Assembly: GCA_046484045.1 (NCBI GenBank) | Contig: JAWOBZ010000080.1 | Location: 28,630 to 92,629 of the forward strand | DNA length: 64,000 nucleotides | Direction of reading: 5' to 3' | DNA from: Thermoplasmata archaeon | GTDB lineage: Archaea; Thermoplasmatota; Thermoplasmata; Halarchaeoplasmatales; Halarchaeoplasmataceae | In this document: piece after piece, positions 10,354-17,502 of the stretch | How the letters are laid out: every line of letters starts with the position of its first letter | How positions within the stretch are numbered: position 1 is the first letter of the stretch | Made by a program: the position numbers and the translations under genes | The notes under the pieces: generated by a model | Told to the model about the DNA's origin: nothing | The model's database searches: none | The model's input: the letters and a program-made list of their open reading frames with translations, nothing else

Positions 10354-11148
10354 ATGAAAGAAATAATATCAAAGATAACAAAAGATTACCTATTCAGGTT
10401 GATGATGGACGGCAAGAGGATAGACGGTAGGGACATGCTCGAACACAGGGATATAAAGATTGAACCCGGATTCATAGGTACAGCCGAAGGCTCTGCTAGA
10501 ATCAAGCTGGGCGATACCGATGTCATCGTAGGCATAAAGATGGACACCGGTGAACCGTTCCCGGACACCCCGGATAAAGGCGTCGTCATCACATCCGCCG
10601 AATTGATACCGTTAGCATCGCCAAAATTCGAATCCGGTCCACCGAGAGAAGATGCCACCGAACTCGCAAGGGTGGTCGACAGAGGTATCAGAGAAGGAAA
10701 CGTAGTGGACGTTACTAAACTGTGTATTGAAGAAGGAGAGAAAGTATGGCTCATATTCATCGATATGCACATACTGGACTTCGACGGAAACCTGTTCGAC
10801 GCATGCGGCATAGGTGCCATGGCGGCGTTGATGAACACCATAGTTCCTGCAGAGAGACACGAGTTGGGCGATGATTATCAGCTTCCGATAGAACACACCG
10901 TTGTTCCCACGACATTCACTAAGATCAAGAAGCAGATCATATTGGACTCGAGACTAGAAGAGGAACAGATCGCCGAAGCAAGGTTGACGATAGGTACCAA
11001 CGAAGACGGAGACATAGTCGCTATGCAGAAGGGGCTGAGCGGTGTGTTCGACTACGAAGATACACTCGAGTGCATCAATAATTCCAGGAAGATAGGCGGA
11101 AAGATCAGGAAAATGTTGATAGAACTATCCAAAGAGGATAAAGTATAA
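10354..11148 (+). CDS. rrp42: Exosome complex subunit Rrp42 (RNase PH-like, non-catalytic)
   Basis: A second RNase-PH-like protein follows rrp41 immediately (RIDGRDMLEHR). Confidence 0.85.
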   Translation: MKEIISKITKDYLFRLMMDGKRIDGRDMLEHRDIKIEPGFIGTAEGSARIKLGDTDVIVGIKMDTGEPFPDTPDKGVVITSAELIPLASPKFESGPPREDATELARVVDRGIREGNVVDVTKLCIEEGEKVWLIFIDMHILDFDGNLFDACGIGAMAALMNTIVPAERHELGDDYQLPIEHTVVPTTFTKIKKQIILDSRLEEEQIAEARLTIGTNEDGDIVAMQKGLSGVFDYEDTLECINNSRKIGGKIRKMLIELSKEDKV

Positions 11149-11191
11149 ATATATTCATTGTAAAACAGAGTAGACAAGGGGCGTCATCAAG

Positions 11192-11440
11192 ATGGCTAAG
11201 AAGAAAAAAGTAGGAAGCACCGGTAGATTCGGAGCCAGATACGGTGTTAGAGTCAGAAGGTCTATCAGAGAGGTAGAGGATTCGCTGAGACAACATTACG
11301 AATGCCCTCGATGCCATCACGATAAGGTCAGGAGATTGAGTTCTGGGATTTGGAACTGCGATAAATGCGGTTTGAAATTCGCAGGCGGTGCTTATCGACC
11401 CAACCTTGGCAGAGAGATAAGGATGGAGGAGGAAGAATAG
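11192..11440 (+). CDS. rpl37ae: Ribosomal protein L37Ae (eL43)
   Basis: The C4 zinc ribbon CPRC...CDKCG sits in a basic ~80-aa protein. Its position in the superoperon is conserved. Confidence 0.85.
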   Translation: MAKKKKVGSTGRFGARYGVRVRRSIREVEDSLRQHYECPRCHHDKVRRLSSGIWNCDKCGLKFAGGAYRPNLGREIRMEEEE

Positions 11441-11442
11441 AC

Positions 11443-11577
11443 ATGTTCAGATGCGCTATCTGTAAAGAAAGGATCAAAGGAGACATCAGCACCGTCGGTA
11501 TACAGTGTGAGAACTGCGGTGCAAGGGTTTTCTACAAAGACAGGCCCAACGTAAAGAAGGACCTGAAGGCACGGTAG
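11443..11577 (+). CDS. rpoP: DNA-directed RNA polymerase subunit P (Rpo12)
   Basis: The 44-aa product carries CAICK...CENCG, a C4 Zn ribbon. The ORF-track version starts upstream at 11365, but the internal M at 11443 (MFRCAICKER) gives the canonical size. Confidence 0.7.
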   Translation: MFRCAICKERIKGDISTVGIQCENCGARVFYKDRPNVKKDLKAR

Positions 11578-11578
11578 T

Positions 11579-11809
11579 ATGATGCGTGCCACCTTGACAC
11601 TCGATAAAAAGCACTTGGATAAGAAGATGCTGGGTGCTTTGGAGCCCGAAGTAGAAGAGGGCATGAATCGGGTAAAGGCCAGCATCGAACACGATCCGCC
11701 AAGGATCTTGATAGAGGCAGAGGACAGCAGAGCTCTTAGAGCTGCTTTGAACTCTTACCTCAGATGGCTCGGAATAACTGACGAAATATCAGATAAATAC
11801 GCTAGATAA
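11579..11809 (+). CDS. KEOPS complex subunit Pcc1-like
   Basis: The 76-aa product matches the Pcc1 pattern ATLTL...EAEDSRALRAALNSYLRWL. It has the conserved position between rpoP and pfdB. Confidence 0.55.
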   Translation: MMRATLTLDKKHLDKKMLGALEPEVEEGMNRVKASIEHDPPRILIEAEDSRALRAALNSYLRWLGITDEISDKYAR

Positions 11810-11821
11810 GGAGGAAATATT

Positions 11822-12196
11822 ATGGTAGCATCACAGGAAGAATTACAAAACGAAATCGCAAAGGCACAACAACTCCAACAGCAGCTGCAGAACGTTCTCT
11901 CACAGAAGCAGCAGATGGAGATCAAGAAGAACGACCTTGAAAGAGCTCTTGAAGAGATCAAGGACCTCGAAGAAGATACTCCAATGTATCGGAATGTCGG
12001 GGAAAATATTCTCATCAAGGTGGAAGATCGGGGAAAATTGATCGAAGACCTCGAGGAACAGGTCGAATCCACCGAAGTGAGATTAAAGTCGTTTTCAAGG
12101 CAGGAAGAAAAATTACGAAACAACTTCCAAGAACTACAAAAAGAATTGAGTGCCAAACTCAGTGGAGTACAACCTGGTCCACAGACCGGGGGATAG
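11822..12196 (+). CDS. pfdB: Prefoldin subunit beta
   Basis: 124-aa coiled-coil protein with a central beta-hairpin (NVGENILIKVED) and Gln/Glu-rich helices. Confidence 0.8.
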   Translation: MVASQEELQNEIAKAQQLQQQLQNVLSQKQQMEIKKNDLERALEEIKDLEEDTPMYRNVGENILIKVEDRGKLIEDLEEQVESTEVRLKSFSRQEEKLRNNFQELQKELSAKLSGVQPGPQTGG

Positions 12197-13138
12197 ATGG
12201 GTTTACCCGAAGGGAAAAAAACGCTCTTCTTGAGTCATCAGAATGCAGACCCAGATGCAGTCGGTTGTCTGTATTTTCTACAGAGTCGGTATAGAGGAGA
12301 TATAGGTCTACCAGACGAGCCCGATAAAAGAGGGAAGAGGTTGGCTGATTATCTAGAGATGGAATACACTATTTGTCCCTCTCCTGAGGAGTACGAGCAG
12401 ATCGTGGTTGTCGATACTCCGGACCCTAAACAGCTCGAACCGATACCGATCGTTGAGGAAAAAACTACGGTTATAGATCACCACAGAGCAAATCTATGGG
12501 CGGGATGGGATGTCGAGATGATATATGAAGACAGGGGATCGTGTGCCGAGATAATCTACGAGATGGTCAAACCGAGAGATATGACGGAAAAAGAGGTCTT
12601 TGCACTCACCGCAGGCATATTGACGGATACATCGTACCTAAATCGTGCCGACGAGGGAACTTTTCGTATATTGTCAGAACTGTTTTCTCGCTCCGAGATA
12701 ACCATATCCCAGGTTAAAAGAGAGCTGTTTAAAAAAAGGACCTACTCCGAGAAGATATGCAGGTTGAAGGGAGCCAAAAGGAGCTCTTTCCAGAAGGTCA
12801 ACGGTTACCTTATCGCCTATACAAAAGTAAATTCATTCGAATCCTCTGCATGTGATATACTCTTGAAGGCCGGGGCGGATGTTGCCTTCACGGTATCTGA
12901 AAGAGATGATGGGATAATAATATCGGGAAGAACTCGAGATTCTATGCTTGAATTGGGGATGGACCTAGGAGCGATAATGAAGGTGGTTTCATCTGCAAAA
13001 GAAAGTGCCTCCGGAGGAGGACATCCCGGAGCGGCGGTTTTCAAAGGTAACTGCAACTCGGAACAAATTCTAAGAGAGCTCCTCGCCAAGGTCACGGAAG
13101 AGATAAAGAAGAACGGATGGTACCGGCGTAAGGATTGA
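12197..13138 (+). CDS. DHH/DHHA1 family phosphoesterase (NrnA-like nanoRNase/pAp phosphatase)
   Basis: DHH-region His/Asp motifs (LSHQNADPDAVG, VIDHH) and the DHHA1 GGGH motif (SGGGHPGAA) are present. Confidence 0.75.
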   Translation: MGLPEGKKTLFLSHQNADPDAVGCLYFLQSRYRGDIGLPDEPDKRGKRLADYLEMEYTICPSPEEYEQIVVVDTPDPKQLEPIPIVEEKTTVIDHHRANLWAGWDVEMIYEDRGSCAEIIYEMVKPRDMTEKEVFALTAGILTDTSYLNRADEGTFRILSELFSRSEITISQVKRELFKKRTYSEKICRLKGAKRSSFQKVNGYLIAYTKVNSFESSACDILLKAGADVAFTVSERDDGIIISGRTRDSMLELGMDLGAIMKVVSSAKESASGGGHPGAAVFKGNCNSEQILRELLAKVTEEIKKNGWYRRKD

Positions 13139-13140
13139 TA

Positions 13141-14214
13141 TTATCTCTCCAAATTTTTCTGCAGTTCTTTGAGATTATCTGGATTGACTTCGAAGAATCT
13201 TCTAACTGGTTCTAATAACTCGGAGAGGACATTTGCTACACCCTGCTTCAGATCTGCTGGGTGCAGTTCTTCGTTGACGTATGCATTTTCCAATTCTTCA
13301 TACGAGTCAAAGTGCATGTCACCACCCCACTTCTCCGGCCTATCGATATGAAGTTCACCGTTTTCAGGGAACACGATGAACCTACACATCTCTAAAATCG
13401 GGTTCCCTTCTACTTCCGGAGGGCAGTACGCCCCGTTGATCTTTTTCTCGATATCTTCGGGATCGTCGTGGATGAATATACAAGACTCCGGATCGCTTTT
13501 GCTCATCTTGCCTTCTGTCACAGAGTCCATCCTACCACCGCCCTTGAGACCGGACAAAATCGGTGTGTGTAGAGCTATGGGTTTCTTCCATCCCAGCTTA
13601 TCAGCGGTGTCCCTAGCCAGCATGTGTGCCCTTCTCTGGTCGATACCGGCATAGGCTACATCGACATCCAGTACGAAGATGTCGGTTGCCTGAAGTGATG
13701 GATATATCAGCATGGAGCTGTCTGCCTCCGTTTCATCGGTTTCTCTACCCATGATATCTACTGCCCTTCTTATCCTAGCTACCGAGTTAGCTTTTGCAAC
13801 TCTGAGCACTTTCCCCCAGTAATCCATTTTATCCATGATCTCACTTGCGAATATGAACTCGGTCTTTTTTGGATCGACTCCAAGGGCTAGAAAAGAATCG
13901 ATCAGGTATTTACCGCAGGTTTTTATGGTGTCTATGTCACCATTTAGCTTATCGTTTATGTATGCATGCCAGTCCGCTAGTAATATCTTGACGTCGAACC
14001 CGGCCTCCTGCATCTCTTTGATCTTACTGGCGCAGACCATCCCCTGTCCTACGTGCATAAGACCGGACGGCTCGAAACCGATATAAACCGATGGATTCTC
14101 TTTCTCTTCCAGCAATTCTTCCAGCTCTTCTTCCGTTACAACTTCCTCGACGTTGTGCATTACCAGCTCTAGCCTTTCTTCTATATCCATCGGCACGGGA
14201 TATATCGTGTACAA
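13141..14214 (-). CDS. tyrS: Tyrosyl-tRNA synthetase, archaeal class Ic (TyrRS/TrpRS family)
   Basis: A HIGH-like motif (IGFEPSGLMHVGQG) and KMSKS are present. The overall architecture resembles archaeal TyrRS (ILLADWHAY, AYCP..VEGNPI, RPEKWGGD, ELHPADLK). TrpRS is not fully excluded. Confidence 0.6.
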   Translation of the reverse strand: MYTIYPVPMDIEERLELVMHNVEEVVTEEELEELLEEKENPSVYIGFEPSGLMHVGQGMVCASKIKEMQEAGFDVKILLADWHAYINDKLNGDIDTIKTCGKYLIDSFLALGVDPKKTEFIFASEIMDKMDYWGKVLRVAKANSVARIRRAVDIMGRETDETEADSSMLIYPSLQATDIFVLDVDVAYAGIDQRRAHMLARDTADKLGWKKPIALHTPILSGLKGGGRMDSVTEGKMSKSDPESCIFIHDDPEDIEKKINGAYCPPEVEGNPILEMCRFIVFPENGELHIDRPEKWGGDMHFDSYEELENAYVNEELHPADLKQGVANVLSELLEPVRRFFEVNPDNLKELQKNLER

Positions 14215-14312
14215 TATGAAAATTTTGGTCAGTTCTCAACTAAAAGATTTATATAAAATATATAGAAATAAGTAAAGCTTATATGAGGAAGCAATAATCC
14301 TCAATCGATAAC

Positions 14313-15578
14313 ATGTCCGATAAATGGGATCTCTTCACTATGGACGATTTCGACCTGAGGGGAAGGACGGTCTTGTTAAGGGTAGATATAAATTCACCTA
14401 TCGATCCAAAGTCCGGCAGGATCCTGGATGACCACCGAATACGCAGACATCTTGAGACCATCAAGGACCTCGATCGATCAAAACTGATAATCATCGCCCA
14501 TCAGAGCAGGCCTGGGAAGAACGATTACACCACTTTGGATGCCCATGCCATAAGGATGAGTCAACTTTTGGGGAAGAGGGTGGAATACGTTGACGGTCTT
14601 TTCGACAGCCACGTTCGGACTAAGATCACGAATATGAAAGATGGAGATAAGCTACTGCTCGAAAACGCAAGATTCTATTCTGAAGAGACCTCTCTCAAGG
14701 GGAACAAAGATTGGAACAAACATCAGAACACACACATAGTTCAGAAGCTGGCTCCCATGATAGATTTCTTTATCCACGATGCCTTTGCTGCCGCTCACCG
14801 TGCACAGCCTACGCTCATCGGATTCTCCGAGGTGGTTCCTAGTTTAGCTGGAAGGGTGATGCAGAAGGAGATAGACGACATGGGGAAGGCATTTGAGGAC
14901 GGAATGAACCCGAAGATAGCCATACTCGGTGGCATGAAAGTCGATGACTCCATAGAAGTAGCGGACCACATGCTTGAATCCGGGGCCATCGACAAGATAC
15001 TGACAACGGGGGTGGTAGCTCAGTTCTTCCTTATAGCACAGGGGATAGATCTTGGTAAAGGGAGCATGGACTTCATCGATAAGGAGATCTCAGACTATGA
15101 AAAATTGGTAGAAAAGGCAAAGGATATGCTGGAAAGATGGGATGGAAAGATCAAGGTTCCAAATGCCGTAGCGGTCAACGATAACGGTACCAGGAGTGAT
15201 CTCAGCGTGGATAAGCTGCCCTCGGAACATCCCATATTCGATATCGGATTAGATACCGTAGTGGATTATGAAGAAGATATCAGAAATTCCAAATTGGTAG
15301 TGGTCAACGGTCCTGCTGGTGCGTTCGAGTACGATTCCTTCTCGATCGGCACTACAGAGTTGTTCAGAACGGTTGCTCACTCGGACGCATTCAGCATAAT
15401 CGGCGGGGGTCACTCAGTAGCGGTTGTAGAGAAGCTCGACATCGAAGGCGACATCGATCACATCTCAACAGGCGGCGGTTCGTGCATCAACTTCCTAGCT
15501 GGGAAAGAACTCCCCGGTATCGAAGCACTAGAAAAGAGCAAACGCATCTTCCGACAGGGACCCTTTCAGAAAAAATGA
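14313..15578 (+). CDS. pgk: Phosphoglycerate kinase
   Basis: 421 aa with N-terminal LLRVDINSP, and with GGGHSVA and STGGG motifs. Confidence 0.9.
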   Translation: MSDKWDLFTMDDFDLRGRTVLLRVDINSPIDPKSGRILDDHRIRRHLETIKDLDRSKLIIIAHQSRPGKNDYTTLDAHAIRMSQLLGKRVEYVDGLFDSHVRTKITNMKDGDKLLLENARFYSEETSLKGNKDWNKHQNTHIVQKLAPMIDFFIHDAFAAAHRAQPTLIGFSEVVPSLAGRVMQKEIDDMGKAFEDGMNPKIAILGGMKVDDSIEVADHMLESGAIDKILTTGVVAQFFLIAQGIDLGKGSMDFIDKEISDYEKLVEKAKDMLERWDGKIKVPNAVAVNDNGTRSDLSVDKLPSEHPIFDIGLDTVVDYEEDIRNSKLVVVNGPAGAFEYDSFSIGTTELFRTVAHSDAFSIIGGGHSVAVVEKLDIEGDIDHISTGGGSCINFLAGKELPGIEALEKSKRIFRQGPFQKK

Positions 15579-15735
15579 TATACGGGTATCTTTTGAATGA
15601 AATCATAATAGTAGATAAATGAATTTAAGTTATAAAACCGGTCAGCGGTTTCGTGGGAAATCGTGCAACGATTCCACTATACGAATCGAAATCCTACGGA
15701 TTTCGATGAGTAAGTGGGGTTTTGTGAAACAAAAC

Positions 15736-15810
15736 GCCACTATAGCTTAGCTCGGCTAAAGCGATGGTTTCGTAAACCATAGACCGTGGGTTCAAATCCC
15801 ACTAGTGGCT
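15736..15810 (+). tRNA. tRNA-Thr (anticodon CGU); no encoded CCA
   Basis: Hand-folded cloverleaf. Acceptor stem gccacta/tagtggc, anticodon stem atggt/accat with loop ttCGTaa, T-arm gtggg-ttcaaat-cccac. Confidence 0.85.
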
Positions 15811-15826
15811 TCCTCATTACTTTACA

Positions 15827-15840
15827 AGACCGTGGGTTCA
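15827..15840 (+). repeat. 14-nt direct repeat of the tRNA-Thr variable/T-arm segment (agaccgtgggttca), 17 nt downstream of the tRNA
   Basis: The sequence is identical to 15781-15794, which lies inside the tRNA. Confidence 0.8.
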
Positions 15841-15942
15841 CGAGCAAGAACACATTCTTGCGAGCTGTTGGAAGCTCTGCTTCCTATCCTCCACCCAATC
15901 AATTTTTATACTAATTTCATACTGTAGCAAGAGGTAAGACGG

Positions 15943-16416
15943 ATGCGCAGATACATATCTCTCTCGGGAAATTACTGGAAGACGCTCAACGGTCTTTGGG
16001 CAGTACTCAAAGAGAGCGACTTCCGCCCGGAAGAGGTCGTACTGATAACAGAGAAAAAATCGATGAATAAAGCGAAGAGGATCCAGAGGGACATGAAGAT
16101 ACTGATGGACAGCTACGACCTGCCGGAGGAAGTTGGGATAAAAAAAGTGGGCAACTCGGATTACAACGGAACTTCGAAGATCGTGACTGGACTCATCAAG
16201 GATAACCTGGAAGGGGATAATAAAAACGCACTGGACCTCACCGGAGGCAGTAAATTGATGGTCGCCGCCGCTCTTTTCACTCCAGATACAGGCAAGATAG
16301 ACCATATATTCTTCCTGGATTTCGATGAAGATGATGGCATAGAACTTCCTTATCCCGATATACCCCACGGATCCGTAGAACTCAAGGATCTAGTGGAAGA
16401 AAGGAGGCGGGTATAG
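15943..16416 (+). CDS. CARF-like (Rossmann-fold ligand-sensor) domain protein, standalone
   Basis: The N-terminal strand/loop ISLSGNYWKTLNG and the DLTGGSKLM motif match the two conserved CARF signatures (hxSxxG... and [DN]xTGG[TS]KxM). An AGAGGT RBS lies 8 nt upstream. The gene abuts the next gene (stop at 16416, ATG at 16417). Confidence 0.5.
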   Translation: MRRYISLSGNYWKTLNGLWAVLKESDFRPEEVVLITEKKSMNKAKRIQRDMKILMDSYDLPEEVGIKKVGNSDYNGTSKIVTGLIKDNLEGDNKNALDLTGGSKLMVAAALFTPDTGKIDHIFFLDFDEDDGIELPYPDIPHGSVELKDLVEERRRV

Positions 16417-17490
16417 ATGGAGGAAGTCTTCACTAAAAGAGATCTCATGATGTTCCTGAACGAAGTGAAGAGACAGGGCATCGATCACTTCACCGTGGTA
16501 GAGCCTTACTTCAAAACCAAGATGCTGGACATCGAATTGAAGGGAGGGAGATACGAGGTGACGCTATCAGGTAAAAGCGATTTCGGACCCTATCCGTCCA
16601 AGGACAAGTACTGGGACGTAAGCGATGTGCCTGATTTCTACAGCTACAAGGACTGCTTGATCTCGTCCGGTCTGGTCAAATTCGATAACTGGTCCAAGTT
16701 CGAAGATTGGATAGGTTACTTCTACAAGAGCGAGATCGATCCGAGCTTCGCCAGCAAGTCTATATTCCTCTCCATCGATACGAACATGGCATACTATCGG
16801 CTTATTTCTAGAAGATTTCCCATCGAGAACAACGGATACAACATACAGGCATCGGACTTCGATTACCTGCTGAGCTCGATCGTGGAAGGGGAGATCGACC
16901 ACCACATCAAGGACAAGTACAGCAACATGGACATCAAGATGATGGGGATGTACACTAAGATAGGTGATATCCGCTACAATTTCAATAACCGTGGAAAGCT
17001 GATGACCAGGAAGGCAAAATTCGCCACCCAGGAGTTGAATTACCTCAGAGGGAAGCTCAACGCGGCTAGAGTGAAAGGGAACGTATCTAAAACAGATTCG
17101 GAGAAGAACGATATCTGGATAATAGAATCCCTGGAGCAGTTCGGATGGACGAAGAACATCAACGTGGGCTTCATCTCAGCCGACAGGAACATGGGCAACC
17201 ACGCCGAAAATGCCGAGATACCGTACTTCATCCTGGAGATACCGCACAACATACCCAGGAAGAACGTGGTGAACGAAGACGTCATCAAGAATTTACTGCA
17301 CGACCTAGCACTCATATTCGGCGCGGTAAAACTACCCGAGTTGGAAACCACGATGTTCGGCGTGTGGGGGGGTAAAACGGACTTCGATTACCGCAACGAG
17401 AGCGTCAAAGCGTGGGTGAATCCTAATTCATCCCTGGAAAAAGGTTTGAAAAAGGATGTGAAGATACTTAGATCTCTGAAAGGACCCTGA
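16417..17490 (+). CDS. PIN-domain nuclease with an uncharacterised ~100-aa N-terminal domain
   Basis: IFLSIDTNMAYY (the first PIN Asp motif) plus downstream acidic positions (IIESLEQFGW, FISADRN). An AGGAGG RBS lies 9 nt upstream. Confidence 0.55.
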   Translation: MEEVFTKRDLMMFLNEVKRQGIDHFTVVEPYFKTKMLDIELKGGRYEVTLSGKSDFGPYPSKDKYWDVSDVPDFYSYKDCLISSGLVKFDNWSKFEDWIGYFYKSEIDPSFASKSIFLSIDTNMAYYRLISRRFPIENNGYNIQASDFDYLLSSIVEGEIDHHIKDKYSNMDIKMMGMYTKIGDIRYNFNNRGKLMTRKAKFATQELNYLRGKLNAARVKGNVSKTDSEKNDIWIIESLEQFGWTKNINVGFISADRNMGNHAENAEIPYFILEIPHNIPRKNVVNEDVIKNLLHDLALIFGAVKLPELETTMFGVWGGKTDFDYRNESVKAWVNPNSSLEKGLKKDVKILRSLKGP

Positions 17491-17502
17491 TGATCCGACG
17501 CC

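Noticed and set aside
15810-15900. Possibility of a second intron-containing or split tRNA downstream of tRNA-Thr
   Set aside because: The duplicated segment lacks the T-loop completion (aatcccac) and any acceptor 3' strand downstream, so no cloverleaf can be completed even allowing an intron.
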